A stretch of DNA of 64,000 nt. It comes from Octopus sinensis. Lineage: Eukaryota. Below are positions 25,800-39,534 of this stretch, piece after piece. Location: positions 18,786,001 to 18,850,000 of the forward strand of contig NC_043006.1 in NCBI RefSeq assembly GCF_006345805.1. The letters are read 5' to 3'. The position numbers and the translations under genes were made by a program. Within the stretch, counting starts at the first letter, position 1; every line of letters begins with the position of its first letter. The notes beneath the pieces were generated by a model. That model had not been told where the DNA came from. It saw nothing but the letters and a program-made list of their open reading frames with translations, and did no database searches.

Positions 25800-28090
25800 G
25801 TGCTGTACTAAACTAAATCGAGCACGCTAATTCTGAATCTGAACTCAGAACAGCTGAAGCACGTCATGTACAGAATTATATATTAATACTATATTAGTAT
25901 CAGGAATAGTTAAGTTCAAGGTAGATAATTATTATAATAGTATATCAATACTGTAATTAGTATATTTATGTTCAAGGCAGATAGTATTATAATATAATGG
26001 TACATAGTATATTCATGTTAAGGGAATACTCACTTTATTTTTGATATGCTCAGTTCAGAAATGTTTGAGACACTTGCTCTTGCGCTTATGCGTCGTGTTA
26101 GTCTCCTGTTGTAGGAACCAGCAGCAGTCACCCATCAAGTGTGGATTGAACCGGCCTTGATACCTCGTTTCCATTTCAGATATGTCCTGGTGGAACCTTC
26201 CACCAAGCTCGTCACTAACGGCACCAAGATTCATTGGAAAAAATTCGAGATGAGAATACAAGAAATGCATTCAGCATCACGTTCTTTCATACGCTGTTAG
26301 CATGTTGTTTATTAAATCAGCATAGATTTCAGCGATATGATTTCTAAGAAAGTTCTGCACAACTAGCACGAACGAATCCCATGCATGCCGTCAGATCAGG
26401 TGGATTCAGTTTACCCCTGATTTTGCTATCAGACATCAATTCTCTGATCTCGGATCCAATGAAAATGCGTCCTTTCAATTTTACGTCACTTTTCTTTGCA
26501 CCAAATTTTAGATACTGGAAGCCACAACCATCGTGTATCATTGCTTTTACGAAGTGTTTCATGAGGCCGAGTTTGATGTGAAGAGGTGGAAGGAAGATCT
26601 TTTTTCGGGTCTACCAGTGGCGTATGCTGCACATTGTACCGACCAACTATGCGCTCATCTCTTTTAGGTTAGTCTCTTACAGTGTAATGATTGCTGTAGG
26701 TGCGGCTGTTCCAAACACACAAGAAACACATATTGTTGGTATATCCCAGTTGCAGTCCTAAGAGATGAGAAATCACCTTTAAATCCCCACAAATATTCCA
26801 CTTGTGAATTGAGTAATTAACTTATTTCAGAATATGTTCCATCGATTCATAAGTTTCTTCCATACCGACATGACCCACAGGAATGGAAGGTTTTTCATTA
26901 CCATTTTGTAACAGCACAGCTTTGAGGCTAACCTTACTCGAGTCTATAAATAATCTTCATTCGTTAGTCACATGCACGTGTCCTAGTTTTTGCATGAGTG
27001 CATTAACGTCAGTACGGAAACAAGCATTATTTTCTTGCTTGTAAAAAGACAAATAAACTTTCATGGCGAGAACGGAAAATGGAAATTTCGTACCTTACTG
27101 TAAAAAATTCCGTTGCTGTAGTCTGGATCCCCAAACTTCTGCCTTTTTTTGATGATGCTAGGTCGCTTAATAAATCATTTAAATCTTGATTAAATAAACG
27201 TGGCTCATTTTTCTTTGAATCAACTACGTACGCCTCATCGATAGGAGAATCACGGGTGGGGGGCTCATCGTGTGATGTGTCAAAGTCTTCAAATGAATTA
27301 TGTGAGAGGGGAACTGGGACAGGGTTCTCGAAGTAATGTGGGACCGGTTTTAAAACCGAATTACAATATACATACACAAATTTTGCTTTGATTTTCTTTG
27401 AAAAACCACTAGTATTAGTCACGAAAGTGTAACAATCAGAAACGTGATTGGTTGGCTCACACCATACCATTGGTACAACAGAAAGCATTCCCTTCCATTT
27501 TCCATTCCGCTATGTGTAAGCCCTTAGTAGCACAAGGTGTAGCATATATGAGGTGCCCACCTCTTGTCTTGATCCTCAACTTTACACTCGAAATAATATT
27601 TACAGGCAGTTTTTAATTTGGTAGCAATGTTTTCTGCTGGTCCTGCGGAGCAGATTTTCCACAGACATAACAAAAGTTGCTTCGGTGATTCACACTGCCT
27701 CTCCTATTCATGATTAAATACAATGTAGAGCGAAAGATACACATGCCATGTAGAGCGAAAGATACAGATACCACACGTAATGACAGCAGAAACGACACAG
27801 AGTTATTAAGAACAAAATGACATATTTGGCGCTTGCACACAAATACGTCAGCACCATCTATTGCTAAACTAAAGAATGAACTTTCTCATCGTCTCTTTTA
27901 TTGCTGTTATTTCTTTAATTTTGAATTAAGACCGCTTTTTTTTAGCAAATTTTATAATAGGCCTATATCTAGCCGAAAGTATAGTTACAACCTTGCACAT
28001 ACGCATAACTCAAAATCCTGACATGCTAGAACAATTCCGAGGGTAGATTCGGAACTAGCAACCTCGATTTAGTCTAAAACATAGGCTTTT
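25800..28090 (-). mobile_element. Chapaev3-like (CMC superfamily) DNA transposon relic
   Basis: Motifs present: NFCYVCG; VPMVWCEPTNHVSDCY; CGDLKV..LLGLQLGYT..CFLC; LPPLHIKLGLMKHFVKA; HFLYSHLEFFPMNLGAVSDE.G.RFHQDI..ME.RYQG. Subterminal inverted similarity exists between about 25806-25855 and 28040-28083. The family name is from memory. Confidence 0.75.
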
Positions 28091-29818
28091 AATCCAGTAG
28101 CAAAATCTTTGCTGGAAAATATATTTTCCGTTCTACGCCCAAACATTTTCGATTTTGAATGGATAACTGAATCGCAGATTCTGTACACTATGCAGGTTCA
28201 GCACGCTGAATGTACCTACGTGTTTGCCGAAAAGGTTTGAGAGAAATACTTGTACAGCTGGTAGGCTTAATGGACTCTTGTTTTTAGGTATATTATAAAT
28301 GCGGCATTTTAAAAACAAGGAAGGACACCAAGGCGTCATGCCTTAGATGGGCTCAGTTCACTTAGAATGTCAGGAACTAACGGGCCGAAGCACTTGCTTG
28401 TCAGGAGTTCATCTGAAGATTCCTTTCGCCGTCCGATCTCCATGTAGTATGTATCTAGTTCTTTGCTAATCAAATATTAAAACACAAAATCAATTTGAAA
28501 TCAGATTTTACCCGCACAAGATATTGTGACATTGTGCATTTCAGTAAACTGAATCGATTTCTCCCTTAACCTATAATTTATGGCGTTGTGCCAATGTTAG
28601 AAATCAATATTATTTGAAGATTTTGTGCGGGTGTTTATGAGACGTTTTATTCCAGTTCGTTTTGGTGTTTATTTCTCTCTCAGAAAAGCATTAATGTCAT
28701 ACAATGTCATTTGTGTAAGCATCTTTCAGTAGCGTCCGTGCGAATATGTAGCCGTTTGCCTTTACAGAAATTAGAAGTAGGGAAAGAACAGGGATTGAGC
28801 TATATGCATTGCTATCATTAATAACATCCGTTTAGTTAATAAGCTGGAACGCAGTAAGTGGACGTTGCCTTTCAACCTTCCATTCAAGAACTGAATAGAT
28901 GAAATCAAATATACCATAGCTCCAAATGCAGAGAATCTGGAAATCTTAAAATCAAATATTACCTTTCATTGACAAATTGAGAATTATCCGTAGACTCTAA
29001 GGTATGAACATTTGAAAGTACTTCATGTTAAAAATATCATTCAATTTAAAGGGTCATTAATCGAAATTGAAATAGAAGAAATTGATTCCTTACATGATGA
29101 TATTTAAATCTACAGAATTGATTATACCTGATCGTATCGTATTTATCTTGTAAAGCCTTTAGAATTGATGAGCCAATAATAAAAGTATGTGGATCTGTAA
29201 CAGCACATCAGGTTATATTGGTTGCATTGAATCTGCTTCCTTGTTTCAATAATGGACTTTAAGAACAAAACCTTGGAAGTATATTAAAGAAAAGTCAGCG
29301 AATAAGTACATGACTACTTAACCTGTGTTCATCATTCTGCATATATCTTCTTTAATAAATTGAAATCTCGAGTAGAATGAGAACAATCAGATATATGCTT
29401 AGTGTGTGCGTGGGTGTGCGTGGGTGTGCGTACCTTTCTCTGTGTGTATGTGTTTGCATGCGTTGAGTGTGTGTGTGTGTGTGTTTGTGTTCGTACGCGC
29501 GCGTTCAAAACTGAGGTTAATAGAGGAAACAATTTGTGACACTGAAATATGGCACTTCGATCAACAAACGTAGAGATAAGACAAAGCGTTCGAAATTGAG
29601 GTTGTTCCGTTATAATCAAGAGTGTCAGTTCTTTCAAATTTCAATGAGCAATATATAAATCTAAAACTAGACAAGGGAACAAATCCTTTTAGACACAAAA
29701 AGGAATTCTATATCTAAAAGAAAACTAACATGCATATGATTGAATGGACTCAGGCGACTCAATCTATTCAAAGGCGATGAAGAGAGACAACGAGAAATAT
29801 TCAATATAGATATAGATA

Positions 29819-29983
29819 GGCGCAGGAGTGGCTGTGTGGTAAGTAGCTTGCTAACCAACCACATGGTTCCGGGTTCAGTCCCACTGCGAGGCACCTTGGG
29901 CAAGTGTCTTCTGCTATAGCCCCGGGCCGACCAATGCCTTGTGAGTGGATTTGGTAGACGGAAACTGAAAGAAGCCTGTCGTA

Positions 29984-30040
<57 letters not shown>

Positions 30041-30260
30041 GTGTATGTGTGTGTGTGTGTGTATCTGTGTTTGTCCCCTTAGCATTGCTTGACAACCGAT
30101 GCTGGTGTGTTTACGTCCTCGTCACCTAGCGGTTCGGCAAAAGAGACCGATAGAATAAGTACTGGGCTTACAAAGAATAAGTCCCGGGGTCGATTTGCTC
30201 GACTAAAGGCGGTGCTCCAGCATGGCCGCTGTCAAATAACTGAAAGAAGTAAAAAAAAAG
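29819..30260 (+). mobile_element. tRNA-derived SINE family B with internal (TA)n/(TG)n
   Basis: ggcgcaggagtggctgtgtggtaag..ccgggttcagtccc..ggcaccttgggcaagtgtcttc...gtgctccagcatggcc. Confidence 0.92.
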
Positions 30261-30714
30261 GTACTGTAAGAAAGAAAACAGTTATGAATCTGAGATAAAA
30301 CAAAAAGAGTCTATACCGAGCAAAATATGAATATTCTTTCCAGTTAATCTGAGTCAGAAATGTATTGAGAAGAGATTCAACATTCAAAAATCTTGAGGCA
30401 CAGAAAACGTTTACGAGCACTAGCCCGTATCTCTGTCATTAGATCACACTCGAAATTTTTTAACATAATCACTTTTTTATTCAGTGTCATGCATAGTTAT
30501 GTAAATGTTACTAATGTATAAAGGCTGATTGATATCACATTTAATGAGTCTGAATATATGCAGAACATAAAGTGTCTCAGTAATACCTGCCTACCTACCA
30601 ACCTACATGTATGTCTGTTTGTATGTATGTATGTGTGTATGTATGTACGTATGCATGTACGTATATATCTATACAGGCATACCTACACACACACGCACAT
30701 ACGTAAACATATGG

Positions 30715-30748
<34 letters not shown>

Positions 30749-30767
30749 CATATATTTATATATATAT

Positions 30768-30804
<37 letters not shown>

Positions 30805-31237
30805 TATATATATATATACATATATATATACATATATATATATATACATATTCATATATATATAGAGAGAGGGAGACAGACATACAGACATACAGACAGA
30901 GACAGAGAGAGAAAGAGAGTGAGTGAGTGAGTGACAGAGGGTGAGAGAGAGAGAGAGAGAAAGAGAAACACAAGAACAGATAGCATAGAGACAGGGAGAG
31001 GGAGGGCTTTAAACTTTATTGCCATCTATTAAGTACTGTAATAATAATATTATTAATGGAGAACTTAAGGGCCCTAATGGCAATATCGACGAAGACATTA
31101 AATGTTTTTCTTTTAAAATTAGAATTTATTGCTGAAATTAGATATTATGTACGTTAGTTATTATGTAAAGTTTGTAATTCTCGTAATGGCATTGAAAATA
31201 AAAATAAAAACAGATTAAAATAACAGCCCATCTTAAC

Positions 31238-31680
31238 TTCCGATCTTAACTGATTGGAAGTGTTATCATGTACGTTGTATTGTTTTGGTATAAAACATAG
31301 GCTACAGCAAATATTCTGCTCACACCATAGATTTGCTTGTCATTAGCTTGACCTTAACCAGTGGAGCACGTTCCTTAGTAGCTGATGATATTTGCATCTC
31401 TGATCACGTGCAGAACCCTAGATGGGCATCATAGCCCTGTGTTGAGAGGAATTTTGGTGGGTTTGGATAATTCGCCTCTGGAAAACATGGGTGTTTCGTT
31501 CAAGATACTTAAACAACCTTTAATCATGGACCTTTAGACGGAATGGGGTACTAGACCTGAAGAAAATTCTAACTGGAACCCACCTGCAAGGTCATGCGTT
31601 GTCTATCGTGATATGAGATCACTATGTCACGCACATATGGCTGTGATGCATGTGCCTGGTGTACCTTTATCAGACAGCAT
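31238..31680 (+). mobile_element. Unclassified about 450-500-bp non-coding repeat (family D), copy 1
   Basis: Colinear with 32600-33140 and 34898-35372 through shared blocks gacctgaagaaaattct, cccacctgcaa and ggtgtaccttatcaga. Confidence 0.75.
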
Positions 31681-31719
31681 AGTAGATTCACAAAGATAGT
31701 TGCAGCAAATAATAGTAGT

Positions 31720-32511
31720 GGGACATGATTATGGTTGCAGTAATAAAAACTGAAAAGGGAGACAAATAGTTTGTTAGTCGCAGCACAAGATCAAGCATTA
31801 AGGACTAATTGGATATCAGATAGACAAACACAAAGTAGATTCCCAGTGTAGGTTATGTAAATCAAAAGAGGAAAGCGTTATTCATATTGTAAGTGAATGT
31901 AGCATGCTGGTACAGATGGAATACAAGACATGGCAACTTATGGAAAGTAATCCACTGTGAGTTATGTAAAACGCTAGGATTTCAACATACTGATAAATGG
32001 CATGAATATGAACCTAGTAAAGTACTAGAATGTATAAGAAATACAAAATGTTGTGGAACTTTAACGTTCAGACTGACAGAGTAATAGAAGCTAGAAGTCC
32101 TGATCTAGTAGTAGTAGACAAAGAGAATAGAAAATGCCAGAAAATGACTTTACAGTCCAAAATGATGAAGAATCAATATGAGAGATATAGAAAAAAAAAC
32201 AGCAAAGTATGAGGAGCTAGTAATTGAATTACAGAGACAATGAAAAGTGCGGGTAAAGTGTATCTCAGTAGTTATAGGTGCATTGGGAACAGTCCCTAAA
32301 GATCTAAACAGATGGCTAGAGGAAATAGGCGTAAAACCCAGTTTAGTACAGCGACAGAAAACAGTGTCTTAGGGACAGAAAAGACACTAAGGAGGGTTCT
32401 TGACATGTAGAGTTACTTGTCGTAGTCCGATGTTAGGACTTTTTGTTTTCTAACAGTCTAATCTACTTTTATATATGAAAATAATAATAATAACAATAAT
32501 AATAATAATAA

Positions 32512-32596
<85 letters not shown>

Positions 32597-32597
32597 A
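31720..32597 (+). mobile_element. R4/Dong-like non-LTR retrotransposon 3' end (CCHC knuckle plus restriction-like endonuclease, 3' UTR, (TAA)n tail)
   Basis: LKRETNSLLVAAQDQALRTN...CRLCKSKEESVIHIVSEC...LWNFNVQTDRVIEARSPDLVVVDKE...KYEEL...VIGALGTVP...RRVL, with frameshifts. Confidence 0.88.
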
Positions 32598-32599
32598 AC

Positions 32600-33140
32600 A
32601 CCTGGTGTAGTACCATGCAGTCGCTCTCATGGCGTGTGATCTTAACGGAATGGAAGTGATACCATGTACACGTTTTGTTTTGTTATAAAAGATCTGCTAC
32701 AACAAATGCTCAATAGCAGAGCTTTTCTTGTCAGTTGCTTGACCTTAACGAGTGGAGCATATCCCTCAGTGGTTGATGAAATGTGCGTCTCTGATAACGA
32801 GCACGAGTAGCGAGGAAGCATCCTAGCCATGTGTTGGGAAGAATTCTTTGGAGTTTGAATAATTAACCTCTGGTAACATGGGTATTTTGTTCATCAACCT
32901 TAAACAACTCTTATTCAGGGAACTTTCGAGTGGTTAGGGTTACTCGACCTGAAGAAAATTCTGAGCACCACCTGCAATGGTCATGCGTTGTTTATTTGAT
33001 CACTATGTTGCATACATATTGCTGTGACGCATTTCATTGGTGTACCCTTATCAGACGGGTAGTCATGATGGGTACATTTGGTTTCGGATTTTTGTACCGC
33101 GGTGTCACTTTGATGGCATGCATTGCTCTCTTACTCAATA
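32600..33140 (+). mobile_element. Family D repeat, copy 2, ending in (ATA)n
   Basis: Colinear with copies 1 and 3. It starts right after the (TAA)n/(TGA)n tract. Confidence 0.75.
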
Positions 33141-33329
33141 ATAATAATGTCACTATCATTACAGTCATTATTATAACGAGAAGATGATGATGATGATACC
33201 CTCTAAGGATCTCACGCATTAATGATGATGATGATGATGGGGAGGATGATTTTTCTATTTTGCCACAGGGACGCCGATGAAAGGTTCGTTATAAAAAACT
33301 GTTTCAACTTACTGTGCAGGATTTTAAAA

Positions 33330-34700
33330 AATGGAGCAAAGAGGAAAAAAAGAAAGAAGTGAGATGAGCATAGTGTACATAATATAGGAAAGACTCAAGT
33401 AACCGTCCCTCTTCCAGTTAGAGACCTTCTAGGGATCCGATGCTGATTAACAAAGTTATAAGTCCTTATCGAACATGCTGCAACGGCAAAAGCGTGAATT
33501 GGGATTTTAGCTACACTAATGGATTTGAAGTGACATAAAATTGGCAGGAACATGAATCATAGAGTGCATAGTCAAAGAACATGGGCTATTTAGAACGAAA
33601 AAAGAAACGGAGTGTTTCTGTTGGCAGAACAAAAGTTGGCTGTGTAAGCATGATCTGTATTGCATAATGACTGACTGTCAAACTCAGTATTAAGATAATC
33701 AAAAATACAGAAAAATTAACTAGGGGGAAATGTGAATCACAAGATAAGTAAAGGAAATACAAAGATTGAATTAAACTATTATATTGAAAAATGTAGAGAG
33801 ATTTGGGTAGAGAGATTATGATGCTGAAAATATGACAGGTGGTCGATTGATAATGAGATGTAATGAAAAGCCTGCTAAACTTAGAAAATATGACAGAGAA
33901 GCAGTAAAACAAAAGACGAAAGAATTTTACAATTTTCATTTTCAGCTGCACTTAAATACTTATGCTAGATTGTAGCAGGATTAGTTGCAAAATGCTTGGT
34001 TACACGGCTGAAACACTGAGAATGGAGAAATATAACGGTGGAACAAACGGATAGGAAAACGCATCAATAGTTAGAATCTGATCTTGCTTAATTGACATTT
34101 ATTTTCTAATTAAAACGAATCAAAACATTTGAAACAAGATACAATGGAGAAAGGAAGAGATGAGAATAAATGTTTCAATTGAAGAGCTGAAGCTAAGAGA
34201 ACCAGTAGATGCAGCTGAGATGAAAGAATGAGAATAGAAGAAGCTACTTATGGCAGATCAGATTCTTTCAGAATAAGTAGAAGAGAGTGCAAAAAAAAAA
34301 AAAATAGAGATGATGGACAGATGAAAATATGTAGTGTCAGATACTGAAACAAGGAAACGTTTTTGAGGTTTACGGATCGAGTGAGACATCTATAACTTGG
34401 GTGCAGAGTGAAGAAGAGTAGAAACCGAATTAAATGGTATAGAAGAAAGGGTCCAGATATTAACAATAACAAAACAAGGGGTATCATCAACGCAAGACAA
34501 ATTCAAGGATTCTGGCTGTACAGTAAAACATTTATGAAATGAATATCTTTAGAGTGTGTGTAGCCCAAATTAGATAACTAGGAGTAAAGCAAATCTTATT
34601 ATTAAATATGAAAGACAAACATTTTTGGAAGTCTCAGATTACAAACCGATAATTTCGTAATCACTATTAGGACACATGTTAAAATGCGTGATTGCCGATA
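33330..34700 (+). mobile_element. Decayed R4/Dong-like RT and thumb region
   Basis: An LRYxAGxxxW...TDRKT-like segment lies near 33950-34065. The rest is degenerate. Confidence 0.5.
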
Positions 34701-34897
34701 AGATATAAAGACATCTAAAGAACCGATGCCAAGCGTGACCTGCCTGACTGCTGGCCATAATAATAACGACACGACACTGGTTTCAAATTTTTGCTCAAGG
34801 CCAGTAATTTCGGGAAAGGGGTTAAGTCGTTTACCTCGACTCCAATTTTCAACTGGTACTTATTTCCTCGGCTTCGAAAGAATGAAAGGCAAAAGTA

Positions 34898-35372
34898 CAT
34901 AGTTTTGTCTTGGTATAAATGTTGGGCTATAGCAACTATTCTGCTCACTACCAGATTTGCTTGTCAGTTGTTTGACTTTAACCAGTTGAGCATGTCGCTT
35001 AGTTGCTGATGATATGTGCATCTCTGATCATGAGCAGAACTAGTTGGGGAACATCATAGTCATGTATTGAGAGAAATTCGTTGGACTTTTGATAATTCAC
35101 CTTTTGAAACATAGGTGTTTCGTTCAAAATACCTAAACAAACTTTATTCAGAGACCTTTTGAGCGAGACGGGTTACACGACCTGAAGAAAATTCTAACTG
35201 GAACCCACCTGCAAGATCTTGCGCTGTTAATCTTGATATGAGATCACCATATCGTGCTCATGGTTGTGATGCATGTGTCTGGTGTACATTTATCAGATGG
35301 GTTGTCATGATGGGTATACTGGGCTTCGTAAATTTTACCCCAGTGTCAATTTGATGCTCTCTCACTCAATAG
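34898..35372 (+). mobile_element. Family D repeat, copy 3, ending in (ATA)n/(AAC)n
   Basis: Colinear with copies 1 and 2. Confidence 0.75.
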
Positions 35373-35429
35373 TGATAATAATAATAATAACAACAACAAC
35401 AACAATAATAATAATAATAATAATAATTA

Positions 35430-35655
35430 AGAAAGAGAAAAAGTTGATAAATATGGAGACCTGAGAATTGAAATCGCTAAGATATAGCAACTACAAGAGT
35501 AAATCATAAAGGTTATCGGAGCATTGGGTTCAATACCACCGAATCTATAAAAAGAAAAGCATCTGAAAGCATTAGAAATACCCTGCAATCTACGTGTATC
35601 GCAAAAGTCAGCATTACTTGGAACTGCATGCAAATTACGTAAAGTACTGCCTGTC
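35430..35655 (+). mobile_element. R4/Dong-like restriction-like endonuclease 3' fragment
   Basis: KVDKYGDLRIEIAKI...VIGALGSIP...QKSALLGTACKLRKVL. Confidence 0.8.
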
Positions 35656-35710
35656 TGAGGTTCTTGTTCGGACTTGATAAACAGTACAAATCCCCTGTAG
35701 ACACAATATC

Positions 35711-35941
35711 TATTTCCTTACTACCCACAAGGGGCTAAACACAGAGGGGACAAACGAGGACAGACAAACCGATTAAGTCGATTATATCGACCCCAGTGCG
35801 TAACTGGTACTTGTTTAATCGACCCCGAAAGAATAAAAGGCAAAGTCGACCTGGGCGGAATTTGAACTCAGAACGTAACGGCAGACGAAATACCGTCAGG
35901 CATTTCGCCCGGCGTGCTAACGTTTCTGCCAGCTCGCCGCC
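35711..35941 (-). mobile_element. SINE family A (A1)
   Basis: Full-length match. Confidence 0.92.
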
Positions 35942-36009
35942 TTCAATATCTTCAATCAACAACCTCACGATATCGTATACTCTGCGAGGTCTATAATGAT
36001 AGTAATAAT

Positions 36010-36290
36010 AATGATAACGGTATTTCCCAATCCAAACAGATTAGGTGCTAGAGCATAACAGACCGGACCTAGTGGTGGTGGATAAGGTGCACCACATATG
36101 CTATATAGTTGATGTTGCATGCCACGTTTGGCCCACGAATTGTCAAGAAGGAAGACGACAAGATAAATAGATACGGCTATCTTAACTACGAAATAGCCCG
36201 GCTATGGAAAATGAAGAAGGTGAAAATTAAAAAAATTAAAAAAAAAAAAAATGAACGAACTATTGAGTTTGGTTTAATGGCCTACCAATG
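36010..36290 (+). mobile_element. R4/Dong-like restriction-like endonuclease fragment
   Basis: FPIQTD*VLEHNRPDLVVVDK...IVDVAC...KKEDDKINRY...EIARLWKMKKV. Confidence 0.8.
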
Positions 36291-36371
36291 TATACTATGA
36301 GTTTCTTTGCCTTAGGAGTCGGGAAGACACTCGGCAAGAAATGGAAGCAAATTTGAAAGAAGAAAAAAAAA

Positions 36372-36372
<1 letters not shown>

Positions 36373-36438
<66 letters not shown>

Positions 36439-36585
36439 TAATAATAATGTTGATGATGACGACGACGATAATATTGATAATAACAATTTCAGTAATCATA
36501 TTAATAACAACAACATTCACAACAACAACAACAACATTCACAACAACAACAACAATAGTAACAACAACAAAAACAATAATAATAA
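36373..36585. repeat. (AAT)n/(AAC)n compound microsatellite
   Basis: Direct reading. Confidence 0.97.
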
Positions 36586-38429
36586 CCAAAATTTTTCTTA
36601 TAACTTGATTTCAGTCGTTTTACAGCTAAAATCGTATTACTAATATCACAGGTTTCTAGGACAGTTCCATTTAAAGAACATTGAAATACTTCATTAATAA
36701 TCCGATCTCCATCAAATACGGAGTTTAAACATGCAGTTAATTCCCCTTTGAGGCTAATTCTTCATTGCAGCTTTTCTTTTAGAGTGTTCACCTACATTTC
36801 AAATGACAGTTCACCTACATTTTAGTATATTGCATTACCTTCCATACAATATAGCATCAGATAATTTTTAAAAACATTTATTTAATCATCTTTTGTACAT
36901 ATTCATTTTCCATTCCTTCTAAATGTGGAAGTAGACATAACCTATAAGGAGAAAAATTAATTTAACATTTTCTAAATCTTTCATGCAAGATAAATGGAAA
37001 CGTCATTTTCTGACTACAGATATAAATACATGGGTCTCTGTTGAATAATTGCGAACGTCAGCGACTGTTGACAAAAATGGTTCGAATCTCATCAATGATA
37101 TTACGTTGAGATTCTAAAGAAGATACGTTAACCTCGTTAGCAATTCCCATGAATTTAGGCATAAGTATAATTAGTAATCGAAGAGAGCGAAATGAAATTG
37201 TTAAATATTATTTTAGTGATTATGCTGATTTCAATTCTTCTCCTGAGTTTTGGACTGGTATCAGATAAACTATCAGAAGTCATTCTCATGTGATTTTCTG
37301 TAATCAGCAGAAGTTCTTTCAATAGTACAAAGCAACAGAAATGTTACATTAACAATAATAACAACTACCTCGACGGAGAAATTGGTTACTTTTGGTTGTG
37401 CTTTTTCTGTTATTGTCCTAAATGATGTGAAGATAACAGCTTTGCCGAATCCAAAGTTTATGGCTATTACATTTCTGCATGTGGTACAGGCTATATTTCT
37501 GACAAGTGTTCCATCGACTTTAACAGACTAACATCAAAATATTAAAAAGAAATCAATCGATACAATCAGCTCTTCTCTAAAATTACTTCCGTCAACATCT
37601 ATCGAATTTACAACTAACTCATTGTGAATCATAAACACGTAAACAACACTTATAAATTAAATTATATCTTGGAGATTCATGTCCTGCCCATCTGAAACTG
37701 CCTAGGTTTATTCTAGCTGCTAAAAAATTATCTTTGCACTTACGTAATCACATACATTCAACTAGTATAACGGATATCGCTTCAAATCACTCTGGACATA
37801 CACAGCAACTAGTGATTATTTGGTTCTTACTTTAAAGATATTAATCGATTCTCTTCTCTATCCACCTCTAGTGTATACACTTTCTCGGTCGTCTGCTCAA
37901 AGTAGTTTTGTAGTGGAGAATTATATTCTGTTTATTTCATGACTTTTCTGGGATAAAACTTGAATCATCGGTCTCGTGGTTACATTGTCGTCAACAACAC
38001 TGCACAAAGTTAGGATAAAAAAAGTATCTTAGATACAAGATCTAGACTAATGTTTTCAATGGTAACGTAGTAACTTTTGATTCTATCACGATTTGCAAAT
38101 GACATCATGGCTTCTGTTACTGGAGAGAACAAACAGAATACATAAAGCAAAAATCAAACCCATTGTATAACGAGGTGTGTTGAAAATTTTGTTAAAATTG
38201 AAGCAGAAAGCAAATAAGAGAAAAAAGGTTGGGAAGTTGCAACAGTAGTATGGAAGAGAGCCGTTCGTGAGAGTTGCATGTTCCGGGTTTTGTTATACAG
38301 GTTCCCCGCCTCACAACTAAATGCTAAATAACAGAGTACATAAAACAAATTAGAGCGAACTTTTAACAATGTGAAATAAGACAAAACAAAACGTTTTAGT
38401 TTTCACCTTTCTTAAGTGAGTGCATTAAG

Positions 38430-39190
38430 CAAGCACAAAAGCGAATATAAACAATGACTACGATGCCAAACTATGCATTGCGATATCAACTAAGTTTGTG
38501 GATTCAATGTGACAGAAAGGTGGTATGAATACAACACAAAGGCTGTATTGGTTAGTGATTTTATAGAAACTCTCCAAGACAGTGATCACACTAATGATTC
38601 AAAGAGACCAGATATGACCATGAAAGTAGAAACAGTAATCAGTGTAAAATGATAGATTTGCAATACCATGTGATAATACATTTCTTTACTACCCACAAGG
38701 GGCTAAACACAGAGGGGACAAACAAGGACAGACAAAACGGATTAAGTCGATTACATCGACCCCAGTGCGTAACTGGTGCTTAATTTATCGACCCCGAAAG
38801 GATGAAAGGCAAAGTCGACCTCGGCGGAATTTGAACTCAGAACGTAACGGCAGACGAAATACGGCTACGCATTTCGCCCGGCGTGCTAACGTTTCTGGCA
38901 GCTCGCCGCCTTATTATCACATACCGTGTAATAATAGAGTAGCTGTCAAGTAAATCGTGCAAACTGAGTAATATCAGAACACAACCAGAGATGCAGGTAT
39001 TGAAAAATAGAGGTGAAAAGTGTACCCGCAGATAAATGGCACAACAACCAAATTGCCACGCATGAAATTGAAGGATGCCGACCAGCAGAATAGTGCTGTT
39101 ATATATTCTGATTATCTGAAGAAAGATGTTGAAGTTTAGGGAGATTTTTTTTTCATCAAACCTCAGGATAACAGACCTGCTAAATAATTT
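38430..39190 (+). mobile_element. R4/Dong-like endonuclease fragment interrupted by SINE A
   Basis: EYK...CGFNVTERWYEY...KRPD...ID.AIPCDN lies before the SINE, with a weaker continuation after it. Confidence 0.6.
38680..38911 (-). mobile_element. SINE family A (A1)
   Basis: Full-length match. Confidence 0.92.
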
Positions 39191-39195
39191 AACAC

Positions 39196-39247
<52 letters not shown>

Positions 39248-39297
39248 CAGCAGCAGCAGCAGCAGCAGCAGGGGTAGTTGTAGTAGTAGTCGTAGTA

Positions 39298-39335
<38 letters not shown>
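39196..39335. repeat. (AGT)n/(AGC)n microsatellite
   Basis: Direct reading. Confidence 0.97.
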
Positions 39336-39337
<2 letters not shown>

Positions 39338-39488
39338 AGACAAAATCTACAAAGACATCATTGGCTTGTGTTATTTTTAAACTTTAGATTTATTATTAAG
39401 CAATTCTATATTTAAGAGATGAGGAATTATGTACATTATTTACATTATTAACATTTGACAGATATTTGTCCCCATCTTGTTTGTTATT

Positions 39489-39534
39489 AACACAACGTTT
39501 CGGCTGATATACCTTCCAGCTCTCATCAGGTGTC
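39489..39534 (-). ncRNA. Type I hammerhead ribozyme (left arm of inverted pair)
   Basis: Minus strand reads gacac-CTGATGA-G(A)GCTGG-aaggtata-TCAGCC-GAAAC-GTT-gtgtt. Stem I is 5 bp and stem III is AACGTT. Confidence 0.85.

Noticed and set aside
29667-30298. Recurrent ORFs such as MPKVPRSGTEPGTMWLVSK, MRNWYLIYRP and MVVIPAVLFHH
   Set aside because: They are chance frames within SINE A, B and C copies, repeated only because the SINEs are.
31555-31590. CTGAAGA in family D copies (also near 42668)
   Set aside because: There is no properly paired stem II followed by GAAA, so it is not a hammerhead.
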